DNA of 64,000 nucleotides from Malacoraja senta (Eukaryota): positions 2,172,001 to 2,236,000 of the forward strand of contig CM075999.1 of NCBI GenBank assembly GCA_038087875.1, read 5' to 3'. Positions 48,770 through 61,800 of this stretch are shown piece by piece. A model generated the notes under the pieces. It was not told where the DNA came from. It worked only from the letters and a program-made list of their open reading frames with translations, and did not search any database. Numbering within the stretch: position 1 is the stretch's first letter; every line of letters begins with the position of its first letter. A program made the position numbers and the translations under genes.

Positions 48770-49240
48770 AGATCTTCCTGCACCCTTTGCAGCTTGACAA
48801 CATCTTTCATGTTACACGGTGACCAAAACTGAGCACAATACTGTAAATGTGGCCTCACCTATGTCTTATACGACTGTGATAGACACAACATGCTGGAGTA
48901 ACTCGGCGGGACAGGCAGCATCTCTGCAGAGAAGGAATGGGCTGCACTCCGAGCTCCCTCTGCCCGTAGCCCTGCCGTTCACTGTGTTGCTCCCAGGCAT
49001 CTCCGGAGATGCTGCCTGTCCCGCTGAGTTGCTCCAGCATTTTTGTGCCTATCTTCGGTTTAAACCAGCATCTGCAGTTGCTTCCTACACAACTTCTTGT
49101 CTTGTACGACTGCAACATGACCTGCCAACTTCGATCTCAATACTCTGAAGGCCAATGGGTTGAAAGCCTTCTTGACCACCCTATCTACACCTGTGACGCC
49201 ACTTACAAGGAACTATGTACCTGCACGCTGAGATCCAGCT
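48770..49240 (-). mobile_element. Degenerate CR1 ORF2 segment with nested fold-back Penelope insertion (~48878-49095)
   Basis: Minus strand VRPHLQYCAQFWSP…KDVVKLQRVQ; insertion flanked by TGTCTT(A/G)TACGACTG. Confidence 0.7.
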
Positions 49241-49267
49241 GTTTCCATCTCCATCTCCATCTCCATA

Positions 49268-49705
49268 TTCACTGGAGTTTAGAAGGATGAGGGGGGGTCT
49301 TATCGAAACATATAAAATTATTAAAAGGACTGGACAAGCTAGATGCAGGAAAAATGTTCCCAATGTTGGGCGAGTCTAGAACCAGGGGCCACAGTCTTAG
49401 AATAAAGGGGAGGTCATTTAAGACTGAGGTGAGAAAAAACTTTTTCACCCAGAGAGTTGTGAATTTATGGAATTCCCTGCCACAGAGGGCAGTGGAGGCC
49501 AAGTCACTGGATGGATTTAAGAGAGAGTTAGATAGAGCTCTAGGGGCTAGTGGAATCAAGGGATATGGGGAGAAGGCAGGCACGGTTATTGATAGGGGAC
49601 GATCAGCCATGATCACAATGAATGGCGGTGCTGGCTCAAAGGTCCGAATGGCCTCCTCCTGCACCTATTTTCTATGTTCTATGTTTCTATGTTTCTATGT
49701 TTCTA
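49268..49705 (+). mobile_element. CR1 LINE 3' end with (CTATGTTT)n tail
   Basis: [64 protein letters not shown]. Confidence 0.92.
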
Positions 49706-50238
49706 GCTCTACAACACTCCGCAGAGCCCTGCCGTTCACCGTGTTGCTTCCAGCCACTCAATCACATCAGCCTGGGCAGTCTCCCAAATGCAAGCGATGC
49801 TGTGACCTTGATGTCCGCAAATGCTGTCAAACTGCCTTGTATCTTGAAGAGAAGACAGATGATACAGTCTTGCCATCATCCTGCCTGGGTACTAATTCAC
49901 CGACATTTCTCCATCCTGCCTGCTGGATCCAAAGGTTTATTTTATAATGATGTTGAACAAAAACAAGATCAATCAACAATGCAGACATGGTCTTTGGTCA
50001 ATTAAGTTGCTTCATGTTTTATCCACGTGTCATTGTGCCTCAAATTTAAAGTTGCATTGATTATTGCCGTTCAATGTGGAGTCGTAGAGGTGTACCACAC
50101 GGAAACAGGCCTTTCTGCCCATCTTTTCCAGGCAAAATAAGTTGACATATTGGGCTAGTCCTAATGATAGACACAATATGCTGGAGTAGCTCAGCGGGAC
50201 TGGCAGCATCTCTGGAGAGAAGGAATGGGTGATGTTTC

Positions 50239-50662
50239 AATAGATAATAGACAATAGGCGCAGGAGTAGGCCACTCGGCCCTTCGAGCCATCACCGTCAT
50301 TCAATGTGATCATGGCTGATCATCCACAATCAGTACCCCGTTCCTGCCTTCTCCCCATATCCCCTGACTCCGCTATCTTTAAGAGCCCTATCTAACTCTC
50401 TCTTGAAAGCATCCAGAGAACGAGCCTCCACCGCCCTCTGAGAAGAGAATTCCACAGACTCACAACTCTCTGTGTGAAAAAGATTTTCCTCGTCTCTGTT
50501 CTAAATGGCTTACCACTTATTCTTAAACTGTGGCCCCTGGTTCTGGAATTCCCCAACATCGGGAACATGTTTCCTGCCTCTAACGTATCCAAACCCTTAT
50601 TAATCTTATGTGTTTCAATAAGATGCCCTCTCATCCTTCTAAATTCCAGAGTATACAAGCCC
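50239..50662 (-). mobile_element. CR1 LINE 3' end inserted into a Penelope hammerhead-like motif
   Basis: ORF 50392-50658; host GTGATGTTTC|…|GAGTCGAGACC.TTCTTCAG. Confidence 0.85.
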
Positions 50663-51662
50663 TGTCGAGTCGAGACCTTTCTTCAGATTGGTTAGATCCT
50701 GACCATGGGTGCTGTCTGCATGGGGTTTGTACGTTCTCCCTGTGAGTTGCGTGGGGTTTTTCCGGGTGCTCAGGTTTCCTCCCACATTCCAAAGGCATGC
50801 GGGTTTATTGGCCTCTGTAAATTGTTCCTAATGTGTAGGATAGAAACATAGAAACATAGAAAATAGGTGCAGGAGTAGGCCATTCGGCCCTTCGAGCCTG
50901 CACCGCCATTCAATATGATCATGGCTGATCATCCAACTCAGTATCCTGTGCCTGCTTTCTCTCCATACCCCTGTTCCCTTTATCCACAAGGGCCACATTT
51001 AACTCCCTCTTAAATATAAGGATAGAACTAGTGTTGGCGGGCACGGACTTGGGGAGAACGTACGAACTCCGTACAGACAGCACCGTAGTCAGGATCGAAC
51101 CCGGGTCTCTGGCGCTGTGAGGCAGCAACTCTACCGCTGCACCACCGTGCCGTCTCTGCTTCCATGCTGATCAGCAATTACATATAAGTTGTAGGAGCAG
51201 AATTGGCCCATTGTGGTCAGTGTCTCTGGATAGAAGGAATGGTTGACGTTTCGGGTCGCTATCCTTCTTCAGACTGAGAGCCATCTGAAGAACGCTCTCA
51301 ACCTGAAAGGTCACCCATTCCTTCTATCTAGAGATGCTGCCTGTCCCGCTGAGTGACTCCAGCATTTTGTGTCTATCTATGGATAGGTGACTTTTCAGGC
51401 CGCGATCTTTCTTCAGACTGAAGAGATACTGATTTGTCCAGCACTTTGTGTTCGATACAAAACCAGACTCTGGCAGTAAATCCAGTAGAAACACCTACCA
51501 CCAATCCCTTGGTTACAGGACTAGAGCCGGCAGAAGGGATTGCCTGTGAGAGATGCGAAAATCAACACCTAATGTTTAGGGTGTTTGAGATAAGACGTGT
51601 GATGAATCGGTGCAGATGAAGTGTGAAAATAGCCATTCTTATATGACTCTGCAAAGCCCAAT

Positions 51663-51866
51663 GTTTAAGAAAGAACTGCAGATGCTGGAAAAATCAAAGG
51701 TAAACAAAAATGCTGGAGAAACTCAGGGGGTGAGGCAGCATCTATGGAGAGAAGAAATAGGTGACGTTTCGGGTCGAGACCCTTCTTCTCGATCCGAAAC
51801 GTCAACTATTCCTTCGCTCTATAGATGCTGCCTCACCCCCTGAGTTTCTCCAGCATTTTTGTCTAC
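51663..51866. mobile_element. Fold-back Penelope-derived insertion
   Basis: Inverted arms; direct repeat CTGCAAAGCCCAATGTT at 51649-51665 and 51867-51883. Confidence 0.85.
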
Positions 51867-52454
51867 CTGCAAAGCCCAATGTTCATCGATGGCGGTGGCT
51901 TCAAGCTCCACTTTTCTTGAACCATTTTTTGGGGGATTGAGAGCTTTGTTGCAAGGTGTTTACAAATTGTAGACGTCTCTTTGGCCTGAGCTCTCAATTC
52001 ATTGTCAACAGCAGCGATGAATAGACCAGAAGATAGACGTAAAAAGCTGGAGTAACTCAGCGGGACAGGCAGCATCTCTGGGTAGAAGGAATGAGCGACG
52101 TTTCGGGTCGAGACCCTTCTCCGGACTGAGTCAGGGGAGAGGGATATAAAGAGATAAAGATGTATAAGGTGTGAAAACGTGACAAAGGGGATGGAGATCA
52201 AAGAAAATGTAGAATAGATCGTTGTTAGCTGGAAGGTAACGTCAAAGCAAACCGAGATAAAATGTAAACAAGGTCAGTCAGACTAATCGGAGAACTGGGA
52301 AGGGGGGAGGGATGGAGAGAGAGAGGGAAGGCAAAGGTTACTTGAAGTTAGAGAAGTCATTATTCATAGTGTTCGTGTGTTGAACTTAATCAAGGTCCAC
52401 CAGTGAGGCTCGCTGGTTTTGAAATGCATGGGAACATTCTAAACTTCCTGAGTA

Positions 52455-53370
52455 TAGTGTCGTAGAGCCTTACAGCATGGAAACTGGCCCTTTGGCCCAA
52501 CTTGCTCACACCGACCAACATGTCCCCTCTACACTAGTCCCACCGCAAGTTCAAGTGAGTTTATTGTCATGTGTCCCTGATAGGACAATGAAATTCTTGC
52601 TTTGCTTCAGCACAACAGAACATAGTAGGCATGAATACAGAACAGATCAGTGTGTCCATATACCATTATATAAATATATACACACATGAATAAATAAACT
52701 GATAAAGTGCAAATAACAGATAATGGGCTATTAATGTTCAGAGTTTTGTCCGAGCCGAGTTTAATAGCCTGATGGCTGTGGGGAAGTAGCTATTCCTGAA
52801 CCTGGTCGTTGCAGGTTTGGCCCATATCTCTTTAAACCTGTCCTATCCATGTACCCGTCTAATTGTTTCTTAAACAGTGCTATAGTCCCAGCCTCAACTA
52901 CCTCCTCTGGCAACTCGTTCCATACACCTACCACCCTTCGTGTGAAAGAGGTTACCCCTCGGATTCCTAATAAATCTTTCCCCCTTCACCTTAAACCTAT
53001 GTCCTCTGGTTCTCGATTCCCCTACTCTGGGCAAGAGACTCTGTACATTCACCCAATCTATTCCTCTTTTTTTTATATAGTCTTTTCTTTTACCCAAACT
53101 ATTCCTCTCATGATTTTATACACCTCTCATTCTCCTGTGCTCCAAGGAATAGAGTCCCAGCCTGCTCAACCTTCCTGCATAGCTTAAGAAAGAACTGCAG
53201 ATGCTGGAAAAATCGAAGGTAGACAAAAATGCTGGAGAAACTCAGCGGGTGAGGCAGCATCTATGGAGCGAAGGAATAGGTGACGTTTCGGGTCGAGACC
53301 CTTCTTCAGACTAATGCCTTTCTGCATAGCTTAGGCCCTCGAGTCCTGGCAACATCCTCGTAAAACATTC
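52455..53370 (-). mobile_element. CR1 3' end carrying nested Rex1 tail (52545-52815) and Penelope terminus (~53185-53315)
   Basis: Minus strand …QSLLPRVGESRTRGHRFKVKGERF…; nested pieces match families elsewhere in the window; Penelope piece flanked by CCTT(C/T)CTGCATAGCTTA. Confidence 0.8.
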
Positions 53371-53431
53371 TTGACATGCATGGGAAGATGTAAACATATT
53401 ATGCGCCAGATAAGGATGATGTGACTCTTTA

Positions 53432-53853
53432 GGCCTGTCCCACGGGCAGGCGGTAACAGGCGGTGAAGCGCGGCGCACCCAGAAGCGGGGACCGCGCGGC
53501 TACCGCGGGAGCGCCGCGCGGGGGGCCGAGTGTTCACCGTACGGCCGGTCCCACAAGCATGCGGCAAGCGCAACCTAACCGGAAGCGGTTGGCGCGCGGA
53601 GGCCGAGTGTTTACCGTACGGCCTGTCCCACGAGCATGCGAATGCATGCGGCGAGCGCGGCGTCGGGTGATGACATCATCGCGCAACACAACGCGATGAC
53701 GTCGAGACGGCTCGCGGCATACAGGCGGTGCTCGTGGTGAAGAGGCGGCGGCTGGGCGGCAGGCCGAGATAAATACTGGCGGTCCAGGCGCGATCCCAAC
53801 TTCCTGCTACACCGCGCGTCACCGCCGGTAACCGCCTGCCCGTGGGACAGGCC
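53432..53853. mobile_element. PIF/Harbinger-type MITE, very CpG-rich
   Basis: TIR GGCCTGTCCCACGGGCAGGCGGT / ACCGCCTGCCCGTGGGACAGGCC; TTA TSD at 53429-53431 and 53854-53856; internal ~40-bp direct repeat GGCCGAGTGTTYACCGTACGGCC.GTCCCAC.AGCATGCG. Confidence 0.88.
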
Positions 53854-54325
53854 TTAGGTCTAACCCTCCACTGCCTTCGGAGTGTTGCGTGCTTGTTTGG
53901 AGTGTTGCGTGCAGTTCTGATGACCAACTTTGGAAGGAATGCAGAGGGGTTTTCCAGAATGATGCCTGGATTAGAGGGTATCCACTACTTGAAGAGGTTG
54001 GACATTCTTGGAATGTTTTCTCTGGAAGGTTGAGGGGGAGACCTTTAGACGTTGGAGATACGGCACAGGAACGGGCCCTTCGGCCCATCGAGTCCGCGCC
54101 GACCAGCGATCCCCGCACGCTGACACTATCCCACACGCACACTAGTGACAATTTACAATTTATACCTAAGCCAATTAACCGACAAACGTGTACGTCTTGG
54201 AAGTGTGGGAGGAAACCGGAGCGCCCGGAGAAAACCCACGCAGTCACAGGGGGAAGGTACAAACTCCGTACAGAAAGCACCCGTGGTCAGGATCGAACCT
54301 GGGTCTCTGGCGCTGTGAGGCAGCA

Positions 54326-54638
54326 GATGGCGGTCGGAGGGGAGAGTGGACGCTGGCGCGAATTGGTCGCCGCTGCTCTCTCCTCAAACTTGTGTTTCTT
54401 ATTTTCTTTTGGTGCTTTTGAAATTGAATTCTGTCCTTGATTTGTGTACTGTGGTGGTTTTTTTTTTGTGTTTTTATTGTTGTTTTTTTTAATTTTTTTA
54501 ATTTTTTTAAATTTTTTTAATTTAATTTATTCCGATTATGTGTTTTTTTCTTTTGTTGTGATTCTATGCATTGTAAGGTGTCCTTGGGCTTTAGAAAGGC
54601 GCCAGTAAATAAAATGATTATTATTATTATTATTATTA
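54326..54638 (+). mobile_element. Short non-autonomous element with L2-type 3' tail, nested in a minus-strand HE1 SINE (54045-54660)
   Basis: Starts AGATGGCGG; ends TGTAAGGTGTCCTTGGGC…GAAAGGCGCC…AAATAAAATG(ATT)n, resembling fish L2 tails. Confidence 0.65.
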
Positions 54639-57600
54639 CCCGCTGCGCCACCTTGCCGCCCCTCCAACTGATGAACCACGACATCAATGGACCGCATCAC
54701 CAACTCAATGCACAGGTTATCTTATCTTATAAATAATATATAATTGATATGTGACATATAGGATCTATAAATATCTGCTATAACTTGACGCCTGCCCCGG
54801 GCAATGGACGATGCTGACTATTCGGAACATGAAGTGAATAATGAAAGCAGCCAATAATTCCGACTGTGTGTGAATCCACCTCGGGCTGGGGGGCTCAGGC
54901 ATTCATTATATTCACATGAATTATTTGCCGATAGTGCAGCGATCGCGAGGAGAAGGATTGGATTGTTGGGACAGGGCAAGGTCAAAACCCGCAGCATTGC
55001 CACAGTGTCGACAGGCACAACACGCTGGAGTAACTCAGCGGGCCAGGCAGCATCACTGGAGGACAAGGAACGGGCGACGTCTCGACTACGAGCGCTGCCC
55101 GTACGGAGCTTGCACGTTCTCCCCGTGACCGGCGTGGGTTTTCTCCGGTCGGGCGGCACGAGTGGCGTTGCTGCCGAACGGCGCCGGGGCCCCGGGTTCG
55201 ATCCTGACCACGGGTGCTGTCGGTGCGGAGTTTGCACGTTCTCCCGTGGGTTTTTCTCCGAGATCTTCGGTTTCCTCCCACCCTCCAAAGACGTGCAGGC
55301 TCGTAGGTTAATTGACTTGGTATAAATGTAAAATTGTCCCCCGTGTGTGTTAGTGTGCGGGGATCGCTGGTCGGCGCGGACTCGGTGGGCCGAAGGACCT
55401 GCTTCCACGCTGTATCTCTAAACTAAAACTAGACTCTTCTTCACAAGGTGTTGTCACAGTGTAGGTTCAGCTGTGACAGATAATGCCATTACATTCACAG
55501 GACGATGAACCAATCTTTGTTCTTGCCTTGAGTGAAGCAATCAGTCTGTTTGGAATAAAAAGTTAACTTGACCATAAAATGAAACTGCTTTATTAACTCT
55601 GCTCACTCAATGACATATTCAATGAGTTTGCTTGTAAAATACTCATCAGAGATGGGACGGAGTTGCTGCTTCCCACCGCCAGAGTCCCGGGTTCGATCCT
55701 GACCACGGGTGCAGTCTGTGTGGAGTTTGTACCTTCTCCCCGTGACCGTGTGGGTTTACTCCGGGTGCTCCGGTTTCCTCCCACGTTCCAAAGACGTGCG
55801 TGTTTTGTCGGTTACTTGGCTTCCGTGAATTGTCCCCAGCGTGTAGGGTATAACGGGTAAATGCTGGTCGGTGTGGACTCAGTGGGCCGAAGGGCCTGTA
55901 TCTACGCTGTATCTCTAAACTAAACTAAATTCTCAGATTGTCCAAGGTAGACAAAAGTGCTGGAGAAACGCAGCGGGGGAGGCAGCATCTTTGGAGGGAA
56001 GGAATAGGTGACGTTTCGGGTCGAGACCCTTCTTCAGACTGTTTAGGTCCCAGCAAAAAGCGAAGTACTGGAGGAACTCGTCGGGGCTGGCAGCATCTGA
56101 GAAGGGAAATGCTCTTAAGGTCATAAGTGATAGGAGCAGAATTAGGCCATTCGGCCCATCAAGTCTACTCCACCATTCAATCATGGCTGATCTATCTCTC
56201 CCTCCTAACCCCATTCTTCTGCCTTCTCCTCATAACCTCCAACACACGTACCAATCAAGAATCTATCTATCTCTGCCTTAAATATATCCACTGATATATA
56301 ATGTGTTCTGTGTTCTAAAGAGGTGGGGGAAATGTGTTCACTCCTGGCATTAGTGGGGGGGGGGGTGGGACAAGAGGGGGGAGAGAAGTGGGAGCAGGGG
56401 GTATGACTTGAAATTGGAGTTTTGGATGTTCAGATCATTAGGCCTTGGACGAGCCATGCAGAATATGAGTTTGTGTGCTTCCAGTTTGCATGCGGCAGTG
56501 GAGTGGTGACACTGAAAGAACAACCCACCCCTGACCCAAAACATCGTCTGTCCATTTCCATCTGGAACGGGAACGAATCCCCTTCCCTGGTAATAAAATA
56601 CTTCACCTTACACCTGCTCCCCCAGCTGTTATCAGGCAACTGAACCATTCCCAGAGAGCGGTCCTGAACCTTCTGAACCTTCTGAAGTTTGTAGTCGGCA
56701 GGGCAGAACTCTGCATATCGCCAACTTGGACAATTGTACATTTTTATCAAGCCAATTAACCTACAAACCTGCACGTCTTTGGAGTGTGGGAGGAAACCGA
56801 AGATCTCGGAGAAAAACCCCCACGCAGGTCACGGGGAGAAGGTACAAACTCCGTACAGACAGCACCCGTAGTCGGGATCGAACCCGGGTCTCTGGCGCTG
56901 TATTTTGCTGTAAGGCAGCAACTCTACCGCTGCGCCACCGTGACCGCCCTGAGCTACGATCCACCACACTGGAGGCCCTCCGACTGTCTATAATCAGACT
57001 GCACTGGACTTTATCGTGCACTGACCGTTATTCCATTGATCACGTATCTGTACACTGTTGTGGGCTCGATTGTGATCGTGTGTAGGAAGGAACTGCAGGT
57101 GCTGGTTTTAACCGGAGGTAGACACAAAATGCCGGAGTAACTCAGCGGGTCGAGCAGCGTCTCTGGAGAGAAGGAACGGGTGACGTTTCTGGTCGAGACC
57201 CTTCTTCAGCCTGAGAGATAGAGCCAGTGACCCTTCTTCAGACCGAGAGTCAGGGGAAAGGGAAACGAGTGAGATTGTGGTGATATAGAGAGATATAGAA
57301 CAAATTTATGAAAGATATGCAACAAAAAACACAACGATAATGCTAACAATGGCCTGTTTCTTTCATCAATGTTACTTTTTTGCATATCTTTCATTCATTG
57401 TGCTACATCTCTCTACATCACTGCCTATATCTCTCGATTCCCTTTCCGCTGACTCTTAGTCTGAAGGGTGACGTTTCGGGTCGAGACTCTTCTTAATCAT
57501 TTAGTGTCTTTCCGCCGACTGGTTAGCATGCAACAATCATCTTTTCGCCGTACCTCGGTACACGTGACAATAGACTAAACTGAGTTATTTCCTCTGTCGG

Positions 57601-57659
57601 GCTATTTGAGAGCACGAGGTTTTGTGGACTGAGTTGGAGGATGCCTGGTGTGTAACCAC

Positions 57660-58000
57660 AATCTATTCGGGGGGGAGCTGACATCCCCACCCCCCCCCCC
57701 CCCCCGATGCAGGAGCTCGATCGCCCCAACGCGGAGGGCCCGAATGCCGCCGGCTACGGAAGATTGTCCCGTCAACGGAGGGCTCGTGGCCCCCGACCGC
57801 GGGGGAGCTGAGGAAAGAGATTGAACTTTTTTTCGCCTTCCATCACAGTGAGGAATGTGGAGGAGTCACTGTGGTGGATGTTTATGTTAAAATGTATTTT
57901 GTGTGTCTTGTTGCTTTTTATTTGTATGACTGACTTGGCAAATTAAATTCCTCGTATGTTGCGAAACATACTTGGCTAATAAAGTATTATTGTGATCGTG
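57660..58000 (+). mobile_element. GC-rich non-autonomous retroposon with Rex1-type tail
   Basis: 3' AAATTCCTCGTATGTTGCGAAACATACTTGGCTAATAAAG resembles the tail of the Rex1 copy at 44811-45178; no coding potential. Confidence 0.6.
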
Positions 58001-59109
58001 GTTAGACCAAAGTCTCTGATTGTACAGCAAAGCATAAGCTGAATGTTGAGTTCTCTCAACAATTTCAGCAATTTATGCAATGAGTTTAAATTGCTTTGTT
58101 TAACAATTAACTAAATACAGTTTAGTTTAGTTTAGAGATACCGAGCGACCCCCGCACATTAACACTGGGGACAATTTTTTAAAAACATTTTATACCAAGC
58201 CAATTAACCTTCAAACCTGTACAACTTTGGAGTGTGGGAGGAAACCGAAGTTCTCGTAGAAAACCCATGGGGGTCACGGGGAGAATGTAACAAACTCTGT
58301 ACAGACAGCGCCCGTAGTCAGGATCGAACCCGAGTCCCTGGCGCTGTGACGATACGATACGATATAACTTTACTTATCCCAGGAGGGAAATTGACAGTCG
58401 CTCCACTGCTACGTCACAATGCTGCCCTTCAAGGACAGCTTTAACATTCATCTTTTTCATTTAATCTCCAGTCGTTGTTCCAGATAAGCTACGCTATTAA
58501 TTAACCACTTAACCGGAAATGTAATTTCATTTGCATTTTTGGCATTTAAAGTGGATGTTGCAACAGATATTACTGCATGCAATGAATGCAAGATTGTATG
58601 TCGCATCTGTAACCGCAGGAACCCAAGGACCTTGCATTATGCTGATCTAAGATTTAGCTACCACAACAATCGAACTGAATAGTGAAAGTCTTGGATAGAG
58701 TGGATGTGGAGAGGATGTTTCCACTAGTGGGAGAGTCTAGGACCAGAGGGCGCAGCCTCAGAATAAAAGGACGTACCATTAGAAAGGAGATGGGGAGGAA
58801 TATCTTTAGCCAGAGGGTGGCGAATCTGTGGATTCATTGTTACAAAAGGCTGGGGAGGCCAAGTCATTGGGTATTTTTAAAGCGGAGATTGACAGATTCT
58901 TGATTTGTACGGGCGTCAGGGGTTATGGGGAGAAGGCAGGAGAATGGGCACCCTCGGACTATATTCAATCGGACTTTACTGGATTCATCTTGCACTAAAT
59001 GTTATTCCCGTTGTCTTGTATCTGTACATTGTGGGTGACTCGATTGGAATCATGTATAGCCTTTCTGCTGACTGGTTAGCATGCAACAAAAAAAAGCTTT
59101 TCACTGTAC

Positions 59110-59490
59110 GTTTAAGACGGAACTGCAGATGCTGGAAAATCGAAGGTGGGCAAAAATGCTGGAGAAACTCAGCGGGTGCAGCAGCATCTATGGAGCGAAG
59201 GAAATAGGCAACGTTTCGGGCCGAAACCCTTAAGGAAATAGGCAACGTTTCGGGCCGAAATCCTTTAGGAAATAGGCAAACGTTTCGGGCCGAAACCCTT
59301 AAGGAAAAAGGCAACGTTTCGGGCTGAAACCCTTAAGGAAATAGGCAACGTTTCGTGCCGAAATCCTTAAGGAAATAGGCGACGTTTCGGGCCGAAACCC
59401 TTAAGGGTTTCGGCCCGAAACGTCGCCTATTTCCTTCGCTCCATAGATACTGCTGCACCCGCTGAGTTTCTCCAGCATTTTTGTCTACCT
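59110..59490. mobile_element. Fold-back Penelope-derived insertion with internal 6x34-bp tandem array
   Basis: Unit GGAAATAGGCAACGTTTCGGGCCGAAACCCTTAA x6 at 59200-59404; TSD AAGCT(T/C)TTCACTGTAC at 59094-59109 and 59491-59506. Confidence 0.88.
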
Positions 59491-60209
59491 AAGCTCTTCA
59501 CTGTACCTCGGTACACATGAAACTGAAGCAGTCTAAACTAAACTAAATTAAACTCTGGTGCAGCGGTAGAGTTGGTGCCTTGCAGTGCCAGCGACCCCAG
59601 GTTCGATCCTGACCACGGGTGCTGTCTGTGTGGAGTTTGTACGTTCTCCCCCCCCGTGACCTGCGTGGGTTTTCTCCGGGTGCTCCCCTGTTTTTTCACT
59701 GTAGCTCAGTACAGGTGAAAATAAGGTGAACGAAACCGAACTAAACTGAACTGAACTGAAGCTCTTTCCCTGCGTTCTCTCCACAGATTATTGGACCACC
59801 GGCAACCGGCGCGTTTAAACAGAGGCCCATCAAACCGACCGCATTCAGAAAGTTTTACGAAAGGGGCGATTCCCCGTCGCCATGGAACACGACGCTAAAG
59901 GAAACCGAATAGCTTGGAAGGTCAGTGGGGTTATTCCAGTGCGGGCGGGAAATGGTTCTGCTCACAAATTATTTTGATTGAGCGTTTGAGCAGTTGCCAC
60001 GAACCCATCCATGAGGAACCCTGTCCTCTCTCCGCTCATTACCAGATGTGTTTGGTGAAATGTCACGGTCTCTTGGTTTGGTTTGAGGTCCAGAGATGCA
60101 ATGTTTAAACATGTCCTTCAGCCCGGCAATCCACACCGCCCATCGGTCACCAGTTCACACATGTGCTACCTTATCCCACTTTCTCATCCACTCCCTACAC
60201 TCTCGGGGC

Positions 60210-60560
60210 AATTAGACAATAGGTGCAGGAGTAGGCCATTCGGCCCTTCGAGCCAGCACCGCCATTCAATGTGATCATGGCTGATCATCCCCAATCAGTA
60301 CCCCGTTCCTCCCTTCTCCCCAAATCCCCTGACTCCACTATTTTTAAGAGCCCTATCTAGCTCTCTCTTGAAAGCATCCAGAGAACCGGCCTCCACCGCC
60401 CTCTGAGGCAGAGAATTCCACAGACTCACCACTCTCTGTGCGAAAAAGTGTTTCCTCGACTCCGTTCTAAATGGCTTACCACTTATTCTTAAACTGTGGC
60501 CCCTGCTTTCTGGACTCCCCCAACATCGGGAACATGTTTCCTGCCTCTAGCATGTCCAAG
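60210..60560 (-). mobile_element. CR1 LINE 3' end
   Basis: TAGACAATAGGTGCAGGAG tail; GAATTCCACAGACTCACC. Confidence 0.88.
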
Positions 60561-61259
60561 TCACAGAGGGGACAATGAAAACTACAAACCTGCACGTCTT
60601 TGGGGCGTGGGGGAAACCGGAGGCATCGCCACTGTGCTGTCTTGTGAAAAAACTTTACTCCCAGCTACTGCTCTCTCTCTCTCCTTGGTGGGGGATTGTG
60701 GGGGGATGTCGCTCAGACTAGGTTGACCGTCACAACTCCATCCTGTACTCTAGGCCGTATCTTTGAACGCAACCTTTCATTAGCTAAAGAGCTGGGTCGT
60801 ATACGTGCGCTGTTGCAGCCAAGCATGGAATGTAAATGAAGCCACGACTGATATTGTAACTCCTTGTATGGCAGGCATCGCAGTTAATGGAAGCCTGTTT
60901 CAGACACGTCTCTGTCCCAGAATAACCTCCTGACTCAACTCTTTGTGTCTCCTCCATTTTCTTCCTTGTGAAAGGTTAATTGGTTTAGAAATGAATTGAT
61001 TAGCTCCAGTCTCTAATGCTGTTATTCAGCTTTTACAGAAAAATGGCATAACAAAAATCCCCATTGTTAATTCAATTCGGTCTATTTTGCCTCAACAATT
61101 TATATCTAAGTGCCATGACAAGGGACAGGGACAGGTTTGGAACATTTTGAAACTGATTAGGAAATTAGCAATTTCATTACCGAGAAAGCTTTTAAGGAAC
61201 GGTCACAGAGTCACAGTCATAAATCTTAAAGTGGTCTGGGTACATTTTTTAAAAAACAG

Positions 61260-61800
61260 AATGGATAGCGTGCAGAGAAGATTTGCGAGGATGTTGCCAG
61301 GACACGTGAGCCTGAGCTACAGGGAGAGGTTGAGCAGGCTGGGACTCTATTCCTTGGAGCGCAGGAGGATGAGGGGTGATCTTATAGAGGTGTATAAAAT
61401 CATGAGAGGAATAGATCGGGTAGACGCCCAGAGTCTCTTGCCCAGAGAAGGGGAATCGAGAACCAGAGGACATAGGTTTAAGGTGAGGGGGGAAAGATTT
61501 AATAGGAACCTGAGAGGTAACTTTTTCACACAGGGGTGGTGGATGTATGGAACTAGCTGTTAACCCAGAGATGTTGCCTGTCCTGCTGAGTTACTCCAGC
61601 ATTTAGTGTCTAAGCTGTTGAAGGAGATACAGTAGTTGAAGCATGGACAATTGCAACGTTTAAGAAGCATTTGGACAGGTACATGGATAGGACAGGTTCA
61701 GAGGGATATGGACAGGTGGGCAGGTGGGACTTGTGTAGATGGGATCAGTTGGCCGGCATGGGCAAGTTGGGCCGAAGGGCCAGTTTCCATGCTCTCAGAC
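61260..61800 (+). mobile_element. CR1 LINE ORF2 C-terminus (HE1-partner subfamily)
   Basis: MDSVQRRFARMLPG…[38 protein letters not shown]…TRGHRFKV. Confidence 0.92.

Noticed and set aside
49354..49947. 197-aa ORF; likewise 22507-23040, 53889-54440 and 54818-55408
   Set aside because: Chimeric read-through across adjacent CR1, SINE and Penelope fragments.
59200..59404. CRISPR-like array of 34-bp hairpin repeats
   Set aside because: Units are contiguous with no unique spacers, there are no cas genes, the context is eukaryotic, and the unit is part of the Penelope terminal repeat.
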